Source: a virus
Virus record (IMG/VR): IMGVR_UViG_3300045988_179268
Location: 224,001-288,000 of that record
DNA: 64,000 bases
Strand: one strand, 5' to 3'
Part shown: piece after piece, positions 1-10,112 of the stretch
Layout: each line of letters starts with the position of its first letter
Numbering within the stretch: the first letter of the stretch is position 1
Position numbers and translations under genes: made by a program
The notes under the pieces: generated by a model
What the model was told of the DNA's origin: nothing
The model's database searches: none
What the model saw: only the letters and a program-made list of their open reading frames with translations

Positions 1-95
1 CCCCAGATTGTGTACAATAGATACATAATCTGGGGTACACTTATGTGACACCCCTACAGTTCACTTATTGCAACCGTACACAAAGGAGGAGTTTC

Positions 96-1277
96 ATGGA
101 AGCCACCGAAAACCAATTCCCTAAAACTGGCGATGTCATCTACAACTACCGCAAGCGAGATAAGCCTACTAATAACGGCTTTAACCTATATGACGATATT
201 CAAGTAATCTACGTCGAATCCGCTGACCCGGAAGGTCAAACAATCACCTACTTCGAGGAAGGTAGGTACTCTAACGAGTTTAGGACAGAAAAGCTTAACC
301 TCTCCACCTACGACGGTTTTAGCTTCTCCAACCGTCACTCTTACTACACTGAGCATTATGTCGTTGCAGGTCACGGCGTGGACGACTACGCTAAGTACAC
401 CAATCTTGCCACAAATGCAGGACTGATTACAGGCAGTAACTACTGGAATAACTCAGTGTATGGCTCTAGCGACTACATTGATGAGTATCGACCTGAGTTC
501 AACATTCTTGATAAGAGTCAGTATCAGTTCTGTATCTCGAACTTCTCGAAGAAAATCTCTTGGGCTCGCGAATCACTGAAGGCTCTCAAAGATACCTATG
601 AGAGTGAGTTCGTACCTTTCGTTAAGTCTCTTAGCTATGACCTGCCCAGGGTTTCAGAGCGTAAAGATTATCGAGCCAGGACATTTAATAAAATAGAGGT
701 TGGCGACGTGCTAGTACTGACAATTCGTGACTTGGGCAACCGACCAGACATGATTGTGCAGGTCAAGGCATTCAACAAGGATTCAGCATCCATTGAGACA
801 GTAGGTGGACTGGAAGGCGTATTGACGGAGTTAAAGCGTGGAGACAACGACTTCAAGGTTGAAATTGATGGTCTTACACTATATGCTGTGAGTGCCGAGG
901 TTACTTCGGCGGCTTCCGTTGAAGATGCTGTATATAACGAGGCAATTAAGAAGCAGTACCAAGCAGACCTGGAGAGTGCAAGCGACTTCTTTAAGAAGCT
1001 GTTTAATTCCAGCGATGCCGACCCGAATGTTAGTGCCCTCTATAGGACAGCCGTAAATCATGACAATAGCCGTTATGAGTGGTGGAGATTTGGACGTGGT
1101 GGAGACGGCGTTGGGCTGTTTAATTACGGCAAGGGGTATGTTCCTGTTGGTCAGCATATACTGCGCCACACCACACGAATGATTGCCAGTATCGAAGATA
1201 CTGTTACAACCATCATTAATGGTACTGAGCAGATGATTGACAAGATGAACGCCGTGTATGGGTACACCTCGGCGTGA
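96..1277 (+). CDS. hypothetical protein
   Basis: Track ORF 45..1277. I moved the start to ATG 96, which follows a GGAGGAG RBS. The stop is TGA (1275-1277), then TAT AGC TGA and an open in-frame continuation. Confidence 0.75.
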   Translation: MEATENQFPKTGDVIYNYRKRDKPTNNGFNLYDDIQVIYVESADPEGQTITYFEEGRYSNEFRTEKLNLSTYDGFSFSNRHSYYTEHYVVAGHGVDDYAKYTNLATNAGLITGSNYWNNSVYGSSDYIDEYRPEFNILDKSQYQFCISNFSKKISWARESLKALKDTYESEFVPFVKSLSYDLPRVSERKDYRARTFNKIEVGDVLVLTIRDLGNRPDMIVQVKAFNKDSASIETVGGLEGVLTELKRGDNDFKVEIDGLTLYAVSAEVTSAASVEDAVYNEAIKKQYQADLESASDFFKKLFNSSDADPNVSALYRTAVNHDNSRYEWWRFGRGGDGVGLFNYGKGYVPVGQHILRHTTRMIASIEDTVTTIINGTEQMIDKMNAVYGYTSA

Positions 1278-1340
1278 TATAGCTGAGTGTTTTTGTGGCG
1301 GGCAACCCCCTTTCTCGCGGTGGAGTTGCCCGCCACAACT

Positions 1341-2603
1341 ATGCACACAACATATGTGGTACAGTATAATTGTATCCATGTTGGAGAAATATTCAGAGAA
1401 ATTAGAGGCAGGAAATTGACCGAACACACCAAGTTCCATGCAGTAGAAGCCCACGAAGTTAAGCCAGGCGACATCCTCATTGAAGCACCTAGTGAAACAT
1501 GGTTGGGGAAGCATTTTCAAGCCGCCCACCTCGTCACCAAGATTACAGACGCTAACGAAATAGTGAGCATCAGCACCCATCAGCCACACGAACCCCTCAA
1601 CATTACAGAAACCCCTATAGCCATCATTAAGGAAGGCAGTGCCAACGGGAGCTGGGAACAGTACAGCAAAGCAGTTGGAGCAGTCGTTGAATATAGTGAA
1701 GAGTTATTCAATATTACTAGTAAGCTTGACTCACTCAAGAACCTCTTCCATGACATCAAATCATGGCGCGAGAAGTTCACCCCCAGTATCCCGCTAACCT
1801 ATGGTGAATACGAATCGCTGGTTGCAAGTCACACCCAGCTTCTAGACACCATAGAAACTGCCATCGAGTATGCCGACAAGCACTTCATTCCCACCATACA
1901 GCACCTATACTCAACTGAGCTTGACGGCATTTCAGAGCGCCAGCAGAAACAGTATACTCCGCCGGTAACTGTTGTGGGCGGAGGTATGACCAAGAACGAT
2001 AAGGTGGCTAAAGCTTTCGAGTCCCTAAAACATGGTAGCTACCTTGCCATCAAACTAGATAACACAGATGGAGAAACAGACTACTGTATTGCAAAATTTG
2101 AAGGCGTTAAGGGCAACATCCGAAAGTTTGCACACCTAAAGTTCCACAATGGAGAAATCGACGGCGACATAGCTTTTGGGCGCAAAAACCTCTACTCCTC
2201 ACGACGAACTCTACATGTAGACGGGCTAGAGAAGAAGGTGGGGGTAATTTTCCTTACTCCAACCAAATCCTACAAATCTGCGTTGGAATACGTGGAAGTC
2301 ATGGATGTACAAGTGAGACTTATGCATTCATTTGATAGCGCGATGCTCTTTTGCCCCAACTCTCTCTGGAAGGACTCTCTGAAAGCCGTAACGCACAACA
2401 AGGCACTCATGGAGCGAAAAGCACACGAAGATAACACTTATGATGGGTGGACATCTGACAGGTTCCTGTGCGCTATAACTGAGACATACGGTAAGCTAAC
2501 TGAAATTGCGGGCAAGCTACGAGCAGTAACACCCCTGCTAGAACAAATGAACCACGCAAACCACAAGTTGCAACCCGAACAGCGACAGCCAAGCATTGAG
2601 TAA
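1341..2603 (+). CDS. hypothetical protein
   Basis: Track ORF 1287..2603, in the same frame as the upstream ORF. The start is uncertain: ATG 1341, or TTG 1416 after GAGGCAGG and downstream of a promoter-like ATGTGGTACAGT at 1354-1365. Confidence 0.65.
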   Translation: MHTTYVVQYNCIHVGEIFREIRGRKLTEHTKFHAVEAHEVKPGDILIEAPSETWLGKHFQAAHLVTKITDANEIVSISTHQPHEPLNITETPIAIIKEGSANGSWEQYSKAVGAVVEYSEELFNITSKLDSLKNLFHDIKSWREKFTPSIPLTYGEYESLVASHTQLLDTIETAIEYADKHFIPTIQHLYSTELDGISERQQKQYTPPVTVVGGGMTKNDKVAKAFESLKHGSYLAIKLDNTDGETDYCIAKFEGVKGNIRKFAHLKFHNGEIDGDIAFGRKNLYSSRRTLHVDGLEKKVGVIFLTPTKSYKSALEYVEVMDVQVRLMHSFDSAMLFCPNSLWKDSLKAVTHNKALMERKAHEDNTYDGWTSDRFLCAITETYGKLTEIAGKLRAVTPLLEQMNHANHKLQPEQRQPSIE

Positions 2604-2772
2604 GGGGCAATGCTGTTGCATCCATCTACTCAGCCATTACCAGAGCGAGGGGTGGGTGTTTGTGAGGTTGCGTGTGTAATACTTCCTTTGCTTGGCGCGA
2701 AGCATTAAATGGGAAATGTGCTGAGGCGAAAGAATAAACTTCTTTTGCCTCAGCACATTTAAAATCGCATCA

Positions 2773-2786
2773 ATATGTGGTACACT
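2773..2786 (+). promoter_or_regulatory. extended -10 promoter motif ATATGTGGTACACT
   Basis: Consensus copy upstream of the RNA ligase gene, preceded by hairpin 2714-2760. Confidence 0.6.
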
Positions 2787-2858
2787 GTATATAGATTGTT
2801 AGTAAGTGGGTGAAACTCACGCCCCCACAACCAAACCAACAAAAAAGGAAGTTCAAGA

Positions 2859-4061
2859 ATGAACCTACTAGAGCATTACCGCGACAACTACAGCCATGTT
2901 GTTCGCCTCAATAAGCATGAGGCAACCGGGCTAACCTGCGTCAAGTACAAGCCTGACGTTTATGACTTTACTGACCCTTACGTCCGAATGGCGCGAGGTC
3001 TAGTCCTCAACGACCAGGGCGACATTATCCTGCGAGGATTCAATAAGTTCTTCAACTGGAAGCAGTACGACCTCAAGACCACGGTAGACCGTAAGTTCAA
3101 GGAAGAGTTTACCCACATGGGGTCATTTGCGCCTGACGAGAAGGTCACCTTCTATGAGAAGCTAGACGGAACCTGCATCATTGTTGGACTCTACGAAGGC
3201 GAATACCTGTTTGCTACTCCCGGCGCTGTTGAAACCCCTAAGTATCAGGAGCCGGTACATCGACTACTAAACGAAGCTCCGCAAGTTAAGGCATGGCTGG
3301 AAGAAAACCCGGACATGTGCCTCATCTTCGAGTACACTTCCCCCTACAACATCATTAACGTGCTGTACGAGGAGGAGAACCTTACTCTCATTGGTCTGGC
3401 AAGTAAGACTTACGGCGACCGTAGCCCCCTGGAAATGCTCGAAGTAGCCGAGAAGCTAAACCTCCCCGCACCGAAGGTCTACCACATGACCATTCCCGAA
3501 GTGTCACAGGTTCAGGAAGAAACCAAGGGCATTGAAGGATTCATTGCTGTAAACCAGTATGGGCACCTCTTGAAGTTCAAGACCGAGGACTGGTTCATGC
3601 ACAGCAACGACTTCCTCCACCCCTATGTGAACAAGTCGTCACGTCCCGCCGTCCGCCGAATCATCCAGGCAGTCGCAAACGGAACGATTGACGACATGCT
3701 GGCACGCCAGGCAACCCTATCCGAGAAGGATATTGAGGATAAGATTTCCGTTGTTGTTGAATGTGTTGAAGAGCTTCTAGCTGAGGGGCAGGAGAAGTAC
3801 CTCCAGCTCAAGCAGGCGCTTGACTCTGCGCCGACCGAGGAAGCTAAGTATGAGGCTCGTGTAAAGTTCTTCGACCCGAAGAGCAAGAGTGCAACGAACC
3901 CTCAGATGGCACTAGTGACCACTCACCTGCGAGGCAAGACGTTCTCCCAGCTTATCGAAGAACACCCGGCACGCCTCAAGTCCTTCACCCAGGACATCAT
4001 GGAGCGACTTATCGCCCGAGGGGTCAGCGTGACCATCGAAAAGCCGCGCCCCAAGCAGTAA
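2859..4061 (+). CDS. ATP-dependent RNA ligase, T4 Rnl1-like
   Basis: Has motif I KLDG (YEKLDGTCII), ARGLVL and FNKFFNW like T4 Rnl1 CRGIMF/MEKFFNL, motif IV EGFIAV and motif V LLKFKTEDW. RBS is AAAGGAAG and a promoter motif sits at 2773-2786. Confidence 0.8.
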   Translation: MNLLEHYRDNYSHVVRLNKHEATGLTCVKYKPDVYDFTDPYVRMARGLVLNDQGDIILRGFNKFFNWKQYDLKTTVDRKFKEEFTHMGSFAPDEKVTFYEKLDGTCIIVGLYEGEYLFATPGAVETPKYQEPVHRLLNEAPQVKAWLEENPDMCLIFEYTSPYNIINVLYEEENLTLIGLASKTYGDRSPLEMLEVAEKLNLPAPKVYHMTIPEVSQVQEETKGIEGFIAVNQYGHLLKFKTEDWFMHSNDFLHPYVNKSSRPAVRRIIQAVANGTIDDMLARQATLSEKDIEDKISVVVECVEELLAEGQEKYLQLKQALDSAPTEEAKYEARVKFFDPKSKSATNPQMALVTTHLRGKTFSQLIEEHPARLKSFTQDIMERLIARGVSVTIEKPRPKQ

Positions 4062-4241
4062 GTGACGCAATAGGGGTAGATAGGAAAGCCTGAAACATAC
4101 GATGAGTGGTTGGAACGGATGGAAGACCTTACCGGCGTAAACCCCGCCACATACCTACCTCTCTAATTTAGGTGCCCATCAAGTACCTCATTCGATATGG
4201 GAGATGTGATAAACTGACCTTGTAACGAGTGAGGTACTTTT

Positions 4242-5444
4242 ATGCCCACTGAAATTTCTGATTCCTACTTGGAGGGAATAATGGCTCTAGCTGACAGCAT
4301 TGGCATGGTTAAAGGAAGCAGGCGTAATGTGAGGGCTTCCTTACCTAAGCGCGTCTCTGACGCTGTGATTGCTAATACTTACGGTATTGACTCCCAGATT
4401 GCGATGTGTGCGGTTGCTACCCGTAAGGCGGAGACTCACATCATGGAGTTGGGCGGACGTTACGCCACGGTAGAAGAATACAACGAATGGCTTGAAACCT
4501 ACCTTAAGCTGGGTGGGACAATTGATGTCTACCATGATTACCCGATGCCACTGAACGCCTTTTTCTTCTTCGCTAACCCATCATGGCTAGACCTTCATAC
4601 AGCATTTGAGTATTCGTTACCTATTAATGTGCTTGCAAGCCCTAACTACAACCTTAAAAGCCACCCCTTCAAAGGCTCCAATAATATTGATTGCATGGTC
4701 AGCTTCTTCGGGTGGGCTCCCACTAGTGAAGGTGACCTCTCCCCGGCGATTAGCGGCAACAACACAGTGCATGTTTGGAGTGACACGGTGGATAGGGTTC
4801 TCATGCGTGAGGATGCCGAAGATGCCGCTCTGTCTGCCCGGCTGAGGACTATGTATGATGAGTGGCATGACGACTCTACCCTTGGGAATATTGATGGGCA
4901 GATGCGTGCCCATCACATGTCAGGGGCAGGCTCGCCGCTTGTGCAGGCGTTGCGTGAATCTGTTGGTACGGTATTTAGTGAACCTGCAACGAGTAGCGAT
5001 TATGCTGAGTGGTTGCAGGAGTATGTGAACTATCTGGACAGCACGGGTGGCAAGCCAAGTGACTCACAGTATGGGAATCTGGTACATTCTGAACCTTACG
5101 CCACCTTAGCGTATATGAACGGTTTCAATCTTGATGCGAGGGCTTTTGTTCGTGTTTACAAGTTTGCTTTGCCGTTCTCTGTGCTACCGTGGGCATACGA
5201 TACTGAATGCTTCCTCTTATTGGATAAGGGCATTGATGCTGTTGAGTATGCAGACAATATTGCCCGGATGCAGGCAAGGTATGGTTTTGACAACCCTCAC
5301 ATCGTTGTTTTTGGATGGAATGCCGAAGGTGTCCCTGTTGTAATTAACGGTATAGCCCCTATTTATCGTGAGTGTCTTGACGCCCCCTCTAGGGCTATTA
5401 TCATGACTGCTTTCGATAAGGATGTTTGGGCATCCTATAGCTAG
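4242..5444 (+). CDS. hypothetical protein with internal duplication
   Basis: Long ORF with RBS GAGG. Two related halves are visible (EEYNEWLETYLKLGGT vs SDYAEWLQEYVNYLDSTGG; EYSLPINVL vs KFALPFSVL). Confidence 0.75.
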   Translation: MPTEISDSYLEGIMALADSIGMVKGSRRNVRASLPKRVSDAVIANTYGIDSQIAMCAVATRKAETHIMELGGRYATVEEYNEWLETYLKLGGTIDVYHDYPMPLNAFFFFANPSWLDLHTAFEYSLPINVLASPNYNLKSHPFKGSNNIDCMVSFFGWAPTSEGDLSPAISGNNTVHVWSDTVDRVLMREDAEDAALSARLRTMYDEWHDDSTLGNIDGQMRAHHMSGAGSPLVQALRESVGTVFSEPATSSDYAEWLQEYVNYLDSTGGKPSDSQYGNLVHSEPYATLAYMNGFNLDARAFVRVYKFALPFSVLPWAYDTECFLLLDKGIDAVEYADNIARMQARYGFDNPHIVVFGWNAEGVPVVINGIAPIYRECLDAPSRAIIMTAFDKDVWASYS

Positions 5445-5592
5445 AGTGAAGTTTCCTCGTTTTTAGAAAGTTCCCCTTTGCGTGACTGCACATAAGGGGA
5501 ACTTTCTTCTTTGTATGGTGGGCATAGCCGGAGCCGCATGTCTTAGATTTGTTTCAATACGCAAATCTGTGGTACGCTTATCCTGTAAGGCA

Positions 5593-6087
5593 ATGACGAA
5601 AGGATTCGCAATGCAGAAAAAGAACCAACCCCTCAGTGGCGATGAAATCTTTTCATACGTGGCGTTGGCGTTTATGCTAACTCTCATGGTAGTAGGCATC
5701 GGGTATGCCGCATGGATTAACCGACCCACCCCTACCATTGACACTAACCACAACTTTCAGGTTACTCGCATCGAAACCCGGAACTTCAAAGAAGGTGAAT
5801 GGCATCGCTACAGCCACTTCGGAGATTGCCGAAACATCGACGGAAGCACTTACACCTGCATCGTAGATGACGACTACTGGGTAGGTGACACCTTTGAATG
5901 GCGCGAAGCTGACAAGTACGAAAACGCCGACGAAGGCTGGGTTAAGGTTGAAAGCGACGTAAAACCAACCGACACCGAATATGCATACCGCAAGGTATCC
6001 GACTGGGACGTTGTGCGAGATGCCCCCGGTGACAGCCGCAACGGTCAGGTAGTCAAGCATGTACACCTTGACGAGTTCTACCTCTAA
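5593..6087 (+). CDS. small membrane protein
   Basis: Track ORF 5482..6087. I moved the start downstream of the promoter-like ATCTGTGGTACGCT (5565-5578) to ATG 5593 (alternative ATG 5611 after AAAGGA). One hydrophobic helix, FSYVALAFMLTLMVVGIGYAAWI. Confidence 0.65.
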   Translation: MTKGFAMQKKNQPLSGDEIFSYVALAFMLTLMVVGIGYAAWINRPTPTIDTNHNFQVTRIETRNFKEGEWHRYSHFGDCRNIDGSTYTCIVDDDYWVGDTFEWREADKYENADEGWVKVESDVKPTDTEYAYRKVSDWDVVRDAPGDSRNGQVVKHVHLDEFYL

Positions 6088-6229
6088 AGCGCCCAAATAA
6101 GCGGCGGACTATGTGTTAATCCGCCGCTTATAGTAATATTTGGAATATGCAACGAACGTTCCTCGAAGAAGAACCTTCTTGCACAACAGAAACACCCATA
6201 ACCAGTAACAAGAAAGGGATAACTACAAC

Positions 6230-7384
6230 ATGCCGTCCAAGGAACTTCCTGTAAAGGTAGGCAAGCTTAAAGTCTACGTTCATCTCAAAGTAAATGACCG
6301 CAAGGTGCAAGACTCCATGCTGGAGTACTACAACGCATACATTAAAGTATGCAACCTAGCCAGCAAAGTCGCATACACCCTCAACACGGTAAGCGTGAAC
6401 CGAATCCACGCCCGCGTAAAGAGCGACGCGCGATTCTACGAAGAACAGCACCCTGGAGTACTAGACCGCGCCATTGACGCAGTAACCAAAGACTACGCAA
6501 ATCACGTGGCAGGCGTGAATAAATTCCCCGAAGCACGCACATACAGCGTCCACGACATCCCTGTATGTCAGGACACTGATTACGACTTCATTCCGCTGGG
6601 CAATAATCGACATGGCGTGGAACTCTACCTTGCTAACCGTAGTAGCGGATTCCCTATCACCGTACAGTTCTTGGCGGAATGGCTAAACCTACCCAATGGT
6701 CACGCATACTCCACAACCGCCTCTACCGCCGAACTGTCGTTCGACCACAAGCTAGGTTGGCTCCTTAAGTACGACATGTACACTGTACAGAATACCGTAG
6801 TGGGCATTGACCTGGGCACACGTTTCCTTGCCGTCACCTACGACGGTAAGGAAACTAAGTTCTATCGTGGCGGTGACACCCCCCTCCGGCATGAGATGGC
6901 GACGTATAGCCGCCGCCGCCTAAGTCTCAAGGAGAAGGGTACTCGTAGCGCCCGTAAGCGACTCAAAGCCCTCTCAGACGACTGGCATAAGCATCTGGAA
7001 GCAAATATTAAGAAGACTGTCAAGGAAATTCTTAAGGGTGCTGAGCCTCATACTGTGTTCGCTCTAGAAGATATTGCCGCATCTCCAGAATTGCGAGAGC
7101 GATTCGCCAAAGAAGACGTGGGTAAGCTACCGACCGTCATCTTTGACATGTTCATCCGAACCCTCCGAGATGAGGCGCAGAAACGTGGACATATTTTTAT
7201 TACCGTTTCTAAGGCAAAAACTAGCACAAGGTGCCCCGCATGTGGTATGATTATTAAAAGCAACAGGAAGCAGGGCAAACACATCTACGGATGCTCCTGT
7301 GGTTTCAGGTCTAACGACGACCGTGTAGCCGCAATTAATATCCGTGAACGTGGCATTGTTCGGCTAACTGAACGCCTAGCATAA
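6230..7384 (+). CDS. tnpB: TnpB-like RNA-guided RuvC nuclease (IS200/IS605 OrfB family)
   Basis: RuvC-I VVGIDLG, RuvC-II VFALEDI, zinc finger CPACG..GCSCG, RuvC-III NDDRVAAINI. Size (~384 aa) is typical of TnpB. No adjacent tnpA. Confidence 0.85.
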   Translation: MPSKELPVKVGKLKVYVHLKVNDRKVQDSMLEYYNAYIKVCNLASKVAYTLNTVSVNRIHARVKSDARFYEEQHPGVLDRAIDAVTKDYANHVAGVNKFPEARTYSVHDIPVCQDTDYDFIPLGNNRHGVELYLANRSSGFPITVQFLAEWLNLPNGHAYSTTASTAELSFDHKLGWLLKYDMYTVQNTVVGIDLGTRFLAVTYDGKETKFYRGGDTPLRHEMATYSRRRLSLKEKGTRSARKRLKALSDDWHKHLEANIKKTVKEILKGAEPHTVFALEDIAASPELRERFAKEDVGKLPTVIFDMFIRTLRDEAQKRGHIFITVSKAKTSTRCPACGMIIKSNRKQGKHIYGCSCGFRSNDDRVAAINIRERGIVRLTERLA

Positions 7385-7480
7385 GCGCCAGGGAACATGT
7401 TTCCTGACGTGGGGTGAGATGCTACCACCCCACCAGGCTTAGGGTAGTAGGTTAAGCGGTAAAACGCTTAACCTCAGCAA
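6230..7480 (+). mobile_element. possible TnpB-only IS200/IS605-like remnant
   Basis: The tnpB-like gene is followed immediately by three strong hairpins (7389-7406, 7408-7432, 7449-7474), as expected for a right-end/omega-RNA region. I did not identify the element ends. Confidence 0.3.
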
Positions 7481-8410
7481 ACACCCTTTAGGGCACATAA
7501 AACATAAGTGCATGATGATAGGTGACGGTAGTCAAGGGTCGAACCGCTTTTATCTGGTAGAGAGGCAAAACTCTCCAGAGCCACTTCTCGGAAGGGGGAT
7601 GCGGCGCGGGAGTCTTGAACGCTTAACTCTATCGGATTGTGTTTATGTTTTCGCCAGCCTGACGAAGTTCCACTCACGCGGGAACCTGATGACTCATGCT
7701 TGCTAGTATGACGAGGGTACCTGCGGCGCGTGTTTGTACACATAAGCGTATAGTAGAAGGGACAAGCTGACCCGCAACTAGCGCCACCGTTAGCTTCATT
7801 GATAGTGCAATAGGCTAATAGCGGCAAAAGGACGCAGGTCAATACAGCAGAATAGCGACATTCGCACAATGCATGTGCAGGGAACACACTTTATAACTTC
7901 CACATGTTCACAACCTGCCCTGTATTTAACGGATGTTAGAGACACCCCAACGGACGTTTGGGTAAGTGGACGGTAAAGCTGAATCAAAGCCCCAATAAGG
8001 CATGACGAAGCATTATCACACCAGAAGCGTGTCACTGTGCAACTATGTTGCCCGCCAGTAAATGAGCAAAGCTGGCATTATCGGGCACCGCCAATAGTTG
8101 CCGGCTGTTTGCCCAGCCACACAGTATTTCATGGGCACACTGGATGTGACAAAAATACCAGCCACTTACAAATGCTCAAACCAACGTCACCACCAGAAGG
8201 TTCAATATAACGAGCCTCACAGTGGTTTGAGGAACGACGACCTACCCCTCTTGCAGGAGGGTGAAGTCGGGCCAACAGTTGAACGCAACACAACGCAGGA
8301 AACTGATTCGTTACTTATCGTTGCGGGTGTCTCTCTTTTTATGTGCAAAAATAGCCTCTCACCTATGGGGGAAACCTCAAACAATTACATCGCAAAGACT
8401 CGCACGAATT
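7385..8410. ncRNA. candidate large non-coding region (omega-RNA plus unknown structured RNA?)
   Basis: About 1.1 kb with TAA/TAG in all plus-strand frames. Track ORFs here lack an RBS and look non-protein-like. It begins with three consecutive perfect hairpins. Confidence 0.3.
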
Positions 8411-8506
8411 AAAATTTGTGGTACAATTAAATTGAAATAAGATTCATGGAATATAGTTACGGTTCCATGCACAACTAACGCACCTACACGGAAAGGCAAA
8501 AACGCA

Positions 8507-9460
8507 ATGACCTGCAACTACTTCATCGAAGCCGGAGAACTACTAGTACTCCCTGCCGACCCCAATGAAAACCCCGGACGACTATACGACACCTACCTTT
8601 GCATCCGAGGTGAAGACGGAATGCCGGGACGTGTCGCATCCCTCAACCCAGAAGACATGGGGAAAGAATGGGACGTCACGAAAGACAAATTCAAGCTGGA
8701 GGAAAGCACGAAGCTCACGCTCTGGTGTACCAAACCTGGTCACGGCTTGTACGCTAACACGCTACACCCGCACAAGAAGGTCTACCCCTGCCGCCCCATG
8801 AGGTTCGATTACTACAAAGCATATGAATGGGTGGAAGCGGGCAATAAAGTTTATGACATGCTAACTAATAAGGATACCCAGCCTTACAATGCTGACCCCG
8901 AAATTAGCTTCTACTTCGACGCGCTTCGTAAACTCATCCTCCAGAACCATAAATATCGAGAGTTCGTTGGGTCTGTAGGCATGGAAAACGGGGCGGTTGA
9001 AACCCTCACCAGTTTCATTACCACTAGCATGAATAATGTGAAATCATTACTACGCGCAGATGCAGGTGCTCTGGAACGTGCCGCTATGAAAACCCAACAC
9101 GCCCTCACCTACGCCCATGATGAGGAAAAGAGTGAACGGGTCACAGATGCACTCAACACCCTCAAGTCAATCCGTAACAAGGGGGCGCTAAACACTTCCA
9201 TTAGCGCCGCCGCTATCGAGAAGGCTTTGGCTTGGGTGGAAGAAGCGGCAGAAATCCACAAGAACACCGACGCACTGTTCCCCAACGATTATATGCCTCT
9301 CACCCTTGCCACCAAGGAACTGCGAAAAGTAGGCACTTCACTTCTTGCACCTGTAGAAGAATGGCATAACACCATTAGCAAGCTCATCACCATTCAGAGC
9401 CCAGAGTACGACGAAGCACGCAAGAAGTACCTCAACAAGCCTTCCAATAGCATCTGGTAG
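8507..9460 (+). CDS. hypothetical protein
   Basis: Long ORF with a promoter motif at 8414-8427 and RBS GGAAAGG. Confidence 0.75.
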   Translation: MTCNYFIEAGELLVLPADPNENPGRLYDTYLCIRGEDGMPGRVASLNPEDMGKEWDVTKDKFKLEESTKLTLWCTKPGHGLYANTLHPHKKVYPCRPMRFDYYKAYEWVEAGNKVYDMLTNKDTQPYNADPEISFYFDALRKLILQNHKYREFVGSVGMENGAVETLTSFITTSMNNVKSLLRADAGALERAAMKTQHALTYAHDEEKSERVTDALNTLKSIRNKGALNTSISAAAIEKALAWVEEAAEIHKNTDALFPNDYMPLTLATKELRKVGTSLLAPVEEWHNTISKLITIQSPEYDEARKKYLNKPSNSIW

Positions 9461-10112
9461 CTAAACCTTGTAGTTTCGTTACACTGGGTGTCGCCAACCA
9501 AAAAAGAATAATCAACGCAAGTAACCCAAAGTCAGCTTCACTGCCAGGTAGCCACAATCATAACCAGCAGTGAACAAAGAAGAGGTGTAGTTGTAGCACA
9601 CTCGCTGTTAAAAACCAGTTGAAGTGTCGCAACTACACCTCAAACTATTTATCAACAAAACCGTTAAAGATAAAAGCCGACTATTGTCCACATCTGGGCG
9701 ATGAACATTCAACCAGAACATGAGTAAGCACTCAATGTGAGCAGTCTCTCACCATGAAAACCAATAAATGCATCCAATGCACTAACACAGCTGGGAAGCA
9801 CCTGTGATATACTTTTTGCAAGCGGGATGAACACGCCGCCTGCACCACGGCACCCAAACTATAGGGTGACTATGATATAGTGCGCAAACCTAACCTTAAC
9901 GGGTAGAAGTGTACCCAGAGAATGCCTACAAGCACCTCCGGTACATGGTGGCAGGCGACAAAACCGCATAATAGGCACACTAATGAGGCACCATTCCCCG
10001 GCAGACAACCCGCCAAACGCCAAACCCAGGCAACACGCCTAAAAAGGTGTGGGGAAGCCTCAATGAAAAGCCTGACAACAAACCATAACTAACATGGACA
10101 TAGGAGAGACAC

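Noticed and set aside
879-1589. 236-aa minus-strand ORF spanning the junction of the first two genes
   Set aside because: It is antisense to two well-supported plus-strand ORFs and has no RBS.
7474-8412. ORFs 7474..7887(-), 7512..7706(+), 7796..8035(-), 8098..8412(+)
   Set aside because: They have no RBS, a Cys/Arg-rich implausible composition, and overlap each other. I treated the region as non-coding.
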